Source: an uncultured archaeon (lineage in GTDB: Archaea > Asgardarchaeota > Heimdallarchaeia > Hodarchaeales > Hodarchaeaceae). From it: DNA of 13,992 nt. Under the pieces are notes generated by a model, which saw nothing but the letters and a program-made list of their open reading frames with translations, made no database searches and had not been told where the DNA came from. Position 1 is the stretch's first letter. Each line of letters begins with the position of its first letter. The stretch spans positions 1 to 13,992 of the forward strand of contig CAZALJ010000016.1 of assembly GCA_964485715.1 (NCBI GenBank), in the 5' to 3' direction. Shown in pieces: positions 1 through 8,731 of this stretch. A program made the position numbers and the translations under genes.

Positions 1-1230
1 TACAACACTACTCCAACTGAAAAACCCCTGACTCCTGATGACACAATCTACATTGGATACACACTAGCTCTCGATCAACTAATTAATGGTATAAACACAC
101 TAATAACCGACCGTGGTTACGATGCTATTCCGAAATATGACGTTGAAACCTCATTTGAAGTTGTAGGCGAAAACGAAATTCATTTTGGAATTAATTACAC
201 TAATATGGTGACATTTTGGCAAAAAGCACACGAGAGCGCTTATAACCCACTTAAAGATATTCCAAAAGATTTGTTAAGAGGTAATATTGAAAAATTATTG
301 GCAATGGTTGCAGGATTTCACGCAGCAACAGTATTTGACTACCTAGCTTTTGACTACGAAGTAACATGGTCTGAGACAACTGAAGGTGAAGTTACAGAAG
401 TTAAAACCGACATTGTCACTCATTACAATATTGGGGAAGTCAGCTGGTTATTCACAATAGCCTCTGGATCTCCAATTGACTCAAAATACACTAATTCATT
501 CAATGACTCAATAACTTATGAAATTGAGTTACCTGGAGCTGGTTTGCCCGTTCCCATTCTAGGAACTATTCCTGATAATCTATCTCACGTGTTTATGGTC
601 GAAGCTTACCCATCTGATGATGCACAAGCCCGTATAAATGATGCAAACGGGTTTGGTTTCGCTGTAATGACACAGACTCATTCTTATGGATTGAATTTCA
701 AGGATATGATCTGGGATGATGGAAATCTGACTATTTCAGCAGAGGATGACTTTATAACTTCTTTTGTCGGAAAAGACACCTACAAATTAAAGGGTGTTGA
801 AGAACTTGGTTTCGATGAAGATCTTGATCGCGATGTTAGTTTTCTTGCCAAACACCATTCAAATATGGCTCATGCAACAACTCCCCTAGTCAAAGGATAT
901 TTGGATATTTCTCACGAACTCTATCACGACTTTATCAAGTGGATACTCGAAGATGGATTTGGTTATCAAGAAACCTATGCTTACAGAGCTGAGCAGGCAA
1001 AATATTTGACCATCACTCAGTTTGGTGATTGGGTTGGCGGAGAAATCATCCATGACCCCGCGTATTCTGCCGTTGCTGCAATGGCTGCTGTTACTGAAGA
1101 ATCAAGTACAGCAACAGAGACTAGTGGGACTGAAACTGGGACTGATGGTGGTATTCCAGGATTCGAGATTCTCTCTGTCTTATTGACAATTCCTCCTCTG
1201 TATGCATTGTACCGCAAACGACGCCATTAA
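1..1230 (+). CDS. Secreted/surface protein, 5'-truncated by the window edge, with C-terminal Thr/Ser/Glu-rich linker and PGF-CTERM archaeosortase sorting signal
   Basis: Frame 1 is open from nt 1, so the listed ATG at 205 is probably internal. The C-terminus reads TEESSTATETSGTETGTDGG-IPGF-EILSVLLTIPPLYALY-RKRRH. That is a PGF motif, a hydrophobic helix and a basic tail, the tripartite PGF-CTERM architecture. Stop codon at 1228-1230. Confidence 0.8.
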   Translation, partial: YNTTPTEKPLTPDDTIYIGYTLALDQLINGINTLITDRGYDAIPKYDVETSFEVVGENEIHFGINYTNMVTFWQKAHESAYNPLKDIPKDLLRGNIEKLLAMVAGFHAATVFDYLAFDYEVTWSETTEGEVTEVKTDIVTHYNIGEVSWLFTIASGSPIDSKYTNSFNDSITYEIELPGAGLPVPILGTIPDNLSHVFMVEAYPSDDAQARINDANGFGFAVMTQTHSYGLNFKDMIWDDGNLTISAEDDFITSFVGKDTYKLKGVEELGFDEDLDRDVSFLAKHHSNMAHATTPLVKGYLDISHELYHDFIKWILEDGFGYQETYAYRAEQAKYLTITQFGDWVGGEIIHDPAYSAVAAMAAVTEESSTATETSGTETGTDGGIPGFEILSVLLTIPPLYALYRKRRH

Positions 1231-1260
1231 CTTCCTTTTTCTCTTTTTTCTCTTTTTTTT
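1231..1260 (+). terminator. Pyrimidine/oligo-T tract (T5, T6, T8 runs) right after the stop codon, archaeal-type terminator
   Basis: The sequence cttcctttttctcttttttctctttttttt starts directly after the stop at 1230. Archaeal RNAP terminates at oligo-T tracts. Confidence 0.5.
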
Positions 1261-1520
1261 CAAGGGGGATAATTTTCGATAAATTTCTCCTCTTTATGTC
1301 ATAAGTTTCTTATTTGAATTGTACCTGCAGATTAACATTGATTGCACGCCAAGATTAGGCTTCAAAGTTGGCAGATAACTAAGTAATTAATACTAAACTA
1401 GGTTCAGAATAGTTTTAAAAATACAAATTTTAATATTCACAAAATTGTTTGAAAGTATGATTTTTAATGCAAGGTATAAAAAGGAAGAAATATACTTCTT
1501 CCACCTCAAAAGATCTTTTT

Positions 1521-1530
1521 AGTATAAATT
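1521..1530 (+). promoter_or_regulatory. TATA-box-like element (agtataaatt) about 27 nt upstream of the ATG at 1553, implying a leaderless or very short-leader mRNA
   Basis: An A/T-rich TATAAAT motif at archaeal TATA-to-TSS distance from the start codon. No Shine-Dalgarno sequence lies in between. Confidence 0.35.
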
Positions 1531-1552
1531 GAACCAAACAGGATGAGAAAAA

Positions 1553-4168
1553 ATGGTATCAATTGACCCCTTAATGGAACCTACTAACCTTTTTGTCTCT
1601 GTACTTCTAACTTTCTCCCCCATAATCATATTATTCTTCCCTTATCTCTATACGCGGCGAAAAGGTGAAAACCTTTTAGCAATCATCTTTAATCGTGCTT
1701 ACATTGGGTTTATCATCTTCTACTTTGCGTATTTTATTTTTCCTAGTTTTTTGAACTATATTGTGCCAAATCCGACTCAATATTTGGATCAGGAATATTA
1801 TTCTGTTCCAGGTACAAATGATTATAGCACCAAATGGGATTCAGCTGCCAGTCCCGCGGCCGTGACACTCCCAGGAGTGCCCATGTTGTTTAGATATTTA
1901 ATTCAACATTTTGTGAATTCAATTGTACTCTACCTAACTTATCCTATTATAATTCTAGCTTTTGTTTTCGGTATTTCTCCGATTCTCTCTATGCTAATAC
2001 TGTTGTACCAAACTTGGGGTGAGAAAAGGGCAGAACGAAGACCTTTAAAGCGATTAATCAAAAATAATATTGATGAAATTAAGAGTTTTCAGAAACAGCG
2101 TAAAAAAGCAACTGAAAACGAGATTCTGGAGATTGACCGAGAAATTAGCGATTTGGAAAAAGATAAAATCGATTTGGAACAGCAATTGAAAGAAATTCGT
2201 AGCATTACCCAACGATTACAAGAAATCCAGTTTGAAATGGAAGTCTCACCTTTTCAAGAAATCAGAAAACGGGTGAAAGATAAGAATTGGGAGAATGAAA
2301 AAGAACTTCTGAAAGTGCTTATTGCCATCCTTCCCATTACACTTTTTCTTCTTATGACAATTTTGCAACTACTGGGGGAAACTGAAAATCCGAGCTTGTT
2401 ACAAGGCACTTCAATGGGATGGTTCTTAGAAATATTTTTTGCTTACATAGCTTCAATCGTTTTCTGCGTTTACCTCATTAAAGCGAGTAACTTGTCACGA
2501 AAGGGTAAATTCTTAGGAAATCAACTGTATATCGCAATGGTTCAGAGTCTATCGACTGTAGGTGCGATTATGTCGGGTTTAGCCGTTGTCCTCTTCCTGG
2601 CCTTGTGGCCCAATCAGATTTTTGTAATTTCTTATTTCGTGGTATATTTCATAATGGTTTCAATATTCTTTGTGCTTTTTCTGGATATTTTCGAACCATT
2701 TTCAATTTACTTGCTAATCAAATTTATTGAAACTTTTAAAAATCTCAAATTGGCATTAAAACGAGTTAATATCGCTGATGTCGCAAAATCAGTCGTAATG
2801 GGAGTGATTTTTGGTTTCCTTCTAGCTGCTGGTTTTCTTACATACCGTGCTATTATGGAAGGCCAATTCACATATATTGACCACGTTCAATACGATACTT
2901 TCTTTTGGTTCACGCAGAATTATTCTACTTTTTTCCTATGTGCGTTATTAATTTTATTTATTCGAAGATGGAATTGGAGTATAGTTGGAACCGTAGTAAT
3001 TACATATTTTTCGATGCTCGTTGTTAGCTTCATTATCTTTGGATGGTATAATTTAGAATGGTGGGACGCGTTAGGTTTCGATGATTCATTTTTCTTTGTT
3101 CGAGTGAGGAGGCTTCCTAAACCCCCTGTTACCTTAATCCCTCCTTTTACCACTTTGAACTTCTTTTTTGCTATCTTTACAAAGGAAAAACTAAACTGGC
3201 TAACGTCGGTTTGGAAAGAAGGCCTCTTTAACGATGTACAATTTATCATCCCAGAATTGCGTCAGGTTCCTGTGGTCTGGAAAGGAACGGTAGGATCAAC
3301 CTTTCTTGGACTTCTATCCGTTCCATATAATCTTATACATCCTTTTGCCATTATATTGACATACGGCGCTATTTTTTTCTTAGTTAAACAAAAATTCCAT
3401 GTCAGAACACAGAAAAGCGACAAGGAAGGAGAGGAAAAAATACAATACAAGTCGGTCTTTTCTGAGATAGGAAGACTTCCAAATTTAAGTGAATTGAAGA
3501 GTAAATCGGATATCATTCTGGTTGGAGCAAATCCTATTGATGATCCTGAATTAAACCAAAGGATAGACGAAGCCTGGTTAAAGATGGAAAAAGGACAGCA
3601 GTTACGTGGTGTGATTACTGGAAAAATAGAACCCCTAAATGAAATAACAAGTAAGAGTGGATTAACTCTTGTTGAGATCCATCGTATTTTAGATGAATTA
3701 ACTTTTGATCTCGAGATCCCATTCAATCAAGTTCTTACTTTACTGCACAGAGAATTTTCCTACTTCTTTGAAGAGGTGACAATTGACTCGCTCCACATAA
3801 TGATGCTTGATGGACGTGCTGTATTATCACACACTTTTGCAACTGAGTCTCTAGTTGAACCAGCGTTAGTAGCTGGTCTTTTTTCTGCCATCACTTCTTT
3901 TGCGAAAGAAGCAGTACGGAGTGAACAATTATTAAAGACCATTGACCATGGTGACGTGGTTCTAACCATAGAATATGCAAGGTGGGTTTTTGCTGCCATT
4001 TTTGCAGATAGTACCTCCACTGAGCTGCGTAAAAAGCTTGGTGAGTTTCTAACAGGTTTTGAGGAGAGACATGCTAAGACTCTTCCAATGTGGTTAGGTG
4101 ATCTTGATGTTTTTAAAGGGGATCTAGAATTCATAGACAAGACATTCTCTAGTGGAGGAACAACTTAA
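1553..4168 (+). CDS. Large polytopic membrane protein with an internal coiled coil and a cytoplasmic C-terminal wHTH-like segment plus longin/roadblock-like domain; function unknown
   Basis: 871-aa ORF. There are many hydrophobic 20-25 aa segments, about 4 before residue 160 and about 10 between residues 250 and 620. A charged heptad-like stretch spans residues ~165-235 (KSFQKQRKKATENEILEIDREISDLEKDKIDLEQQLKEIRSITQRLQEIQ). The soluble tail runs from ~residue 620 and ends in a beta-beta-alpha-beta-beta-alpha patterned domain (nt ~3782-4150). Confidence 0.85.
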   Translation: MVSIDPLMEPTNLFVSVLLTFSPIIILFFPYLYTRRKGENLLAIIFNRAYIGFIIFYFAYFIFPSFLNYIVPNPTQYLDQEYYSVPGTNDYSTKWDSAASPAAVTLPGVPMLFRYLIQHFVNSIVLYLTYPIIILAFVFGISPILSMLILLYQTWGEKRAERRPLKRLIKNNIDEIKSFQKQRKKATENEILEIDREISDLEKDKIDLEQQLKEIRSITQRLQEIQFEMEVSPFQEIRKRVKDKNWENEKELLKVLIAILPITLFLLMTILQLLGETENPSLLQGTSMGWFLEIFFAYIASIVFCVYLIKASNLSRKGKFLGNQLYIAMVQSLSTVGAIMSGLAVVLFLALWPNQIFVISYFVVYFIMVSIFFVLFLDIFEPFSIYLLIKFIETFKNLKLALKRVNIADVAKSVVMGVIFGFLLAAGFLTYRAIMEGQFTYIDHVQYDTFFWFTQNYSTFFLCALLILFIRRWNWSIVGTVVITYFSMLVVSFIIFGWYNLEWWDALGFDDSFFFVRVRRLPKPPVTLIPPFTTLNFFFAIFTKEKLNWLTSVWKEGLFNDVQFIIPELRQVPVVWKGTVGSTFLGLLSVPYNLIHPFAIILTYGAIFFLVKQKFHVRTQKSDKEGEEKIQYKSVFSEIGRLPNLSELKSKSDIILVGANPIDDPELNQRIDEAWLKMEKGQQLRGVITGKIEPLNEITSKSGLTLVEIHRILDELTFDLEIPFNQVLTLLHREFSYFFEEVTIDSLHIMMLDGRAVLSHTFATESLVEPALVAGLFSAITSFAKEAVRSEQLLKTIDHGDVVLTIEYARWVFAAIFADSTSTELRKKLGEFLTGFEERHAKTLPMWLGDLDVFKGDLEFIDKTFSSGGTT

Positions 4169-4255
4169 TCTACTAGATTCCTAATCACTACAAGAGAAGT
4201 TTAAACAACGTAGTACATACTTCAACATACTTTCTCAAAAATGGTCACTAGAAAG

Positions 4256-4275
4256 CCCCTGAATTCTTTCAGGGG
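4256..4275 (+). other. Perfect 8-bp hairpin (cccctgaa / ttcagggg, loop ttct) in the intergenic region between the membrane-protein gene and the radical SAM gene
   Basis: Hand pairing of 4256-4263 with 4268-4275. The role (3' end structure or 5' regulatory element) is unknown. A TATA-like cctataaatc lies at 4307-4316, upstream of the ATG at 4343. Confidence 0.3.
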
Positions 4276-4342
4276 TCATTAATTCCATAAAAATAACTTG
4301 AGCGTCCTATAAATCAAGATTTTAAGGAAGTAAAATCAATAC

Positions 4343-5746
4343 ATGTCTGAAGAAAAAGTTTTGCTTATATTTCCTCCAGACAATTGGGGTAATATAGATC
4401 GCTTTTGCCAACCATTAGGCATTTTGATGTTAGCAACCATCCTCAAACAAGAAGGAATTGATGTCGTTGTTGTTGATCTTTCTGCAGAGGGGTGGTATCC
4501 TAAAAAATTAGCAAAATTCATCTCTGATGGTGGTTTTACTCATGTAGGTGTCACAGTTATGACACCATTTCGCAATGTAGCATATTCTATTTTGCAAATT
4601 GCTAAGAAAATAAACCCAAATATTACAACCTTAGTAGGAGGTCCCCATGTAACATATATGAAAGAACGAATTTTTTCGGAGTGTTCAGTTATTGATATTG
4701 CGGTGGCAGGAGAGGCAGAACTGAAAATAGTTGATATTATACGTGTACCAACAAAGAAATTTTATGATTTGAGTTATATAAAAGATATTGATAGTTTACC
4801 AATCCCTGATCGCAGTTTTGTGAGACATCTCAATTATGATCGGATGACAAACATTTGGATAGGCGACTCTGCAAGCATGAACTGGATACGAGGTTGTTCA
4901 TGGCGAAGATGTCGTTTTTGTAGCCGAGATGCGTTGACTATAAGTCATCGTCGCCGGAGTCCCAAAAAAATCGTTGAGGAAATAGCCATTATTCAAAATG
5001 AACTGAATTATAAGAATATTATCGTAATTGACGATAGTCTTAAAGTTAAATCAAAACATACTAAAGAGGTTCTACGCTTAAAAATTAAGGAAGGTCTAGA
5101 TATTCCTTTTTGGGCATTAGCTCGTGCAGACCATATAGATGAAGAGGGAGCCCATCTTATGAGACGAGCTGGCGCTACTGGTCTTTTAGTCGGATTAGAA
5201 TCAGTTGTGCCACGTATCATTGATATGTATAAGAAGATTAGCGGAAATCCTCATCATTGGCATCGAACACTTGACCGAACGTTGGAACTAGCAAACAAAT
5301 ATCAATTAATTATAATAGCTACATTCATCGTAGGTGGCCCAAACGAAACAGCCAAAGAAATGCGGATAACATTTGATTATTGTCGTACAGCGGGGCTAGA
5401 TATAGTCCAGCCATTTCCATTTCAATATGCAATAGGGTCAGATTTATGGCGTGAAGCCGTCCAGAAGGGGGAGATTAGCCCGACTCAATATTACACATAT
5501 AACGATAAAAGTTATGGGACTACAGAATTCACCACGGATGAAATCTTTGGCCTAGCTATGAAGGCTGAGTATCTCATTAATTCTCCTATCGTAAATCCGA
5601 AACGATATTTTCGTTTAATTCGAAAACTAGTTAAACAGAAGAATTGGTCACTCATAGGACAAAATCTCATCCGATTACCTTTCATAATTAAAGATGTGTG
5701 GAAACAACATCCTTATGAGATGGTTCCACAAGATCTCCACGGATAA
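4343..5746 (+). CDS. B12-binding-domain-containing (class B-like) radical SAM protein
   Basis: The N-terminus (VLLIFPP...PLGILMLATILKQEGIDVVVVDL...GVTVMTP) looks like the Rossmann-like cobalamin-binding domain fused to radical SAM enzymes. The Cys cluster is GCSWRRCRFC (nt 4895-4921). Downstream are TIM-barrel-like motifs (IVIDDS, GLESV, FIVGGPNET). Confidence 0.85.
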   Translation: MSEEKVLLIFPPDNWGNIDRFCQPLGILMLATILKQEGIDVVVVDLSAEGWYPKKLAKFISDGGFTHVGVTVMTPFRNVAYSILQIAKKINPNITTLVGGPHVTYMKERIFSECSVIDIAVAGEAELKIVDIIRVPTKKFYDLSYIKDIDSLPIPDRSFVRHLNYDRMTNIWIGDSASMNWIRGCSWRRCRFCSRDALTISHRRRSPKKIVEEIAIIQNELNYKNIIVIDDSLKVKSKHTKEVLRLKIKEGLDIPFWALARADHIDEEGAHLMRRAGATGLLVGLESVVPRIIDMYKKISGNPHHWHRTLDRTLELANKYQLIIIATFIVGGPNETAKEMRITFDYCRTAGLDIVQPFPFQYAIGSDLWREAVQKGEISPTQYYTYNDKSYGTTEFTTDEIFGLAMKAEYLINSPIVNPKRYFRLIRKLVKQKNWSLIGQNLIRLPFIIKDVWKQHPYEMVPQDLHG

Positions 5747-5776
5747 CATCCGAATCTCTCCCCTTAACCTTCAGAT

Positions 5777-8413
5777 TCACATATCAACTTCCCCGATAAT
5801 GAGACTGTAATCCCCAGATTTTAATTTTGCGATAGAACTAATGATTGTAGTGAGATCTGTTCTCAAGGTTATTTTCACCCCATTTAAGGGATTTGCAGTT
5901 CTATTATGTAGTATAAATCCTTTTTGAGTCATTAATGTGGCCCAGCGTACCAAATCTGATTCGGAATAAGTTACTGAACGAACTGAGTTGGCTTTAATAC
6001 TGAATTCGGACTCAAAAATTAGGTTTCGTTCTAAAATATCCGATATAAGAGAGTCTGGAAGAGAACTCACTTCTATGTCAGGAATTAGCTCAGTAAGCCA
6101 GTTAATGTCAACCTCCTCATCAGATATATACTCTAATGACTCGGTAATTGAATGAAATGTTGCTGGCTCTTCCTCTTCAAATTCTGGTCCTTTTAACCTT
6201 ATCTGCTGCAGCTCTTCTGAAGGAAGTGGAGTGACGAAGGATGGTAAGGTTCGATTTTGATCCACAAGAATTAGAAGACCATCACGAAGAAATGAGATGA
6301 CAACTTCAGTAATTTTCCGATAACTGTAATCTGAATCCAGAAGACATTGACTAACGATCTCTATCGCAAAAAGGCCCTCGGTTATCGCAAGCTGGTCTAT
6401 TTGTTTGCTAATAATTTCATACAATGCAGGATGAGAAATTTCTTCTTTAAAAGAACGGTTTATCTGGAGGGGGGTTATCAAGGATAAGCCTAAATGCTGA
6501 TCAAGAAGTTTTATAGCTGGGGCAAAATCGTCAAGAATTCCAACGAATTCTTCTAGTTTAGTACGGAACTCTGTTTCGAGAGCATAAGAAAAATTTCTGA
6601 TCCGTCGTTTAAAGTCGTTTAAATATTTTGGAGTCCGATCTAGGATAACAGCAGTAACAGAGTTGGCACCTTCTACTGTGACGATTTTAAAAGCACGATC
6701 TCCGATTTCTTCTGTGAATTCTCGTAAGATTGTACGTTTCTTAACGATGTCGCTTTTAAGTTCACTAAAGAGCCCTGAAATTGCGCTTAGAAATCCCGAA
6801 ACTAGTTGAGGATCTATTTTCAACATAGTTATTCCAAGTTCGAAGATGCAAATACCTGTTGTCTTATGAAGAATTAAAATATGTCTACAAGTAAGTAAAT
6901 TCGTCAGATCTCTATAATTAAATGGTTCAACATCAATAGAGAGAGATTCGATTTCATCTCGATCAATATCAAAAGAATCCAATGTCGTTGTTCCTGATTC
7001 ATCCCTAGATATATCAGAGATTGATTTCCTAGATTCTCTATATCGGGGGATATTAATAGGCATTTCATCTTCTTGAGGATCAATATGTTTTGATAAACGA
7101 GGGCGTACTCGAATTTTAACCGGATGTTGGCTCCTTCTTTGAAATCCTACAATTAAAGCGTCTCCCCGAACAAGATGAGGAAGTATTGACACTATTTCGG
7201 TGCTTATTCCTTCCATTAACCTAATTTTGGTGAGATCTTTATCAGATCTTATTCTTAGCGCAATTAATGTGTTCATATTTGCAATAATGTTATCTGGAAA
7301 ATCAGCAGGTCGCTGTGAGATGAGAATCTCATAAATACCAAATTTTCGTCCCTCACGAGCAATTCGAGGGAGGATCTCGTTTGTAGCAGCGAATCGATGT
7401 GCTTCTTCAATAACAAGCACAATTTCATTCTCTCGTGCTAAATCACCATGTATTTTCTTTTCAAATACCTGAGTCAGGATTTCATTAACTAAGAGATTCC
7501 GTTTTCGTTCGTCAACAAACTGATCTAGACGGACAATTGAGATCTGTCCTGGACGGATAAGGGCATCTAAATCGAGTTCTTTTTCGAAAAGATTCAAGTT
7601 TTTAAGAGAGTAAATCTTTGAAATTAAAGTTTCTCTCGTGGAACTATGAATATTGGAATCTTGAATCAGCAAAATTAATTCTTCTAGTAAAATGGGTTTT
7701 TTAACGATATTCAACAGTGAATTCTCTTGCGCAGCTGTTAAATCGATTAACCTACGCAATCGTGGTAAATTGAAACGTTTTTCAAGTCCTAAGGAGTCTT
7801 TTTCAAAAATTAAGATGTTGTCCTGGAATCCACGAGGAGAATATCCCTCATAATCTAGCTGCTCAATCTCAGGACCATCATTTGGTTGAGCTAAACCCCA
7901 ATATTCGTTGTGGATATCGAATAATAGGACAGCAGCAGACTTAAACTTCATAATAATTTCTTCTAATAATACACCAACACTGTACGATTTTCCTGCGCCA
8001 GTACTTGCAACACAGAGTACGTGCCGTTCTAGAAATTTAGGTGAGATAAGAAAAGGGTCAGAATTATTGTTAAAAGTAATAACGTCTCCAAGATAAATCC
8101 CTTGGTCACCACGGTAAGAAATAATCTTTGAAACTAGTCCTTTAGGGGGGTGTTGGATTTGAGCTTGGGGAGAAATTGGAAACCTACAGGGTGAAAGCGA
8201 AAAATCTTCAGGGTCAATTTCTCCAAGAATTATAGCAGTTCCCCTTATTTCCTCTCCCTTGGTTTGAATTAAATGGGAAATTTGAGCTAGGTATTGTTTC
8301 TGAGGAGTTTCTTCCGAGTCTATAATCAAAATGAAATCCTGTTCATGAATGGCTGCTTTTATCGGGTCTATAAGGAAAGAAATTTCAGATGTTGAAGACT
8401 TTATTATTTCCAT
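5777..8413 (-). CDS. HerA/DUF87-family (FtsK-HerA superfamily) P-loop ATPase with a long C-terminal extension
   Basis: Walker A is VLCVASTGAGKSYSVG. The HerA-typical motifs are LLFDIHNEYWG, Walker B VLVIEEAHRFA, and AREGRKFGIYEILISQRPADF. An N-terminal beta-rich (HAS-barrel-like) region precedes the P-loop. The ORF track starts at TTG 8425, and I prefer the in-frame ATG at 8413 (MEIIKSS...). About 400 aa follow the ATPase core (nt 5777-7090). Confidence 0.85.
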   Translation of the reverse strand: MEIIKSSTSEISFLIDPIKAAIHEQDFILIIDSEETPQKQYLAQISHLIQTKGEEIRGTAIILGEIDPEDFSLSPCRFPISPQAQIQHPPKGLVSKIISYRGDQGIYLGDVITFNNNSDPFLISPKFLERHVLCVASTGAGKSYSVGVLLEEIIMKFKSAAVLLFDIHNEYWGLAQPNDGPEIEQLDYEGYSPRGFQDNILIFEKDSLGLEKRFNLPRLRRLIDLTAAQENSLLNIVKKPILLEELILLIQDSNIHSSTRETLISKIYSLKNLNLFEKELDLDALIRPGQISIVRLDQFVDERKRNLLVNEILTQVFEKKIHGDLARENEIVLVIEEAHRFAATNEILPRIAREGRKFGIYEILISQRPADFPDNIIANMNTLIALRIRSDKDLTKIRLMEGISTEIVSILPHLVRGDALIVGFQRRSQHPVKIRVRPRLSKHIDPQEDEMPINIPRYRESRKSISDISRDESGTTTLDSFDIDRDEIESLSIDVEPFNYRDLTNLLTCRHILILHKTTGICIFELGITMLKIDPQLVSGFLSAISGLFSELKSDIVKKRTILREFTEEIGDRAFKIVTVEGANSVTAVILDRTPKYLNDFKRRIRNFSYALETEFRTKLEEFVGILDDFAPAIKLLDQHLGLSLITPLQINRSFKEEISHPALYEIISKQIDQLAITEGLFAIEIVSQCLLDSDYSYRKITEVVISFLRDGLLILVDQNRTLPSFVTPLPSEELQQIRLKGPEFEEEEPATFHSITESLEYISDEEVDINWLTELIPDIEVSSLPDSLISDILERNLIFESEFSIKANSVRSVTYSESDLVRWATLMTQKGFILHNRTANPLNGVKITLRTDLTTIISSIAKLKSGDYSLIIGEVDM

Positions 8414-8731
8414 TTTAAGTGGCAACCGTTCAGAGTTGAAATAAGTTTCCTTTAATAGAATACGCGTTTTAAATAATGATAATCTATGGCTTGATAAGTT
8501 AGTGGTACTCCTACCTGTTAAATCTTGATTTTACCTTAAAAATACATTCAATTTTTGAAACAAAAACATCAAAGGAAAATCAATTTAGGATCAATATCAC
8601 ATTTTCTTATCAATATTTAATTGATCATCTAATATTTTCTTATAATTACCTGCACAAAAAGTTAATATTTGGATCTTAACAATATAATTACGAAATCACC
8701 TAATTCAATTTTAAGTGGAGTGTAAGCTATC

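Noticed and set aside
1543-1566. Upstream ATG at 1543 before the membrane protein start
   Set aside because: It is in a different frame from the 1553 ORF and hits a stop after 7 codons (atg aga aaa aat ggt atc aat tga).
2920-4140. Minus-strand ORFs 2920..3249, 3262..3726 and 3760..4140 inside the 871-aa membrane protein gene
   Set aside because: These are shadow ORFs antisense to a long, coherent coding frame. Their translations are low-complexity and Ser/Lys/Phe-rich with no motifs. The same reasoning applies to 1017..1217, 4336..4521, 5008..5220, 7908..8096, 9277..9531, 9524..9730 and 13161..13424.
4236-4246. Exact 11-mer caaaaatggtc shared with 11843-11853, with patchy similarity over the next ~20 nt, considered as a repeated regulatory element or small RNA
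   Set aside because: Exact 11-mers are expected by chance in 14 kb of AT-rich sequence. The extended similarity is only about 60%. The perfect hairpin at 4256-4275 has no real counterpart at the second site.
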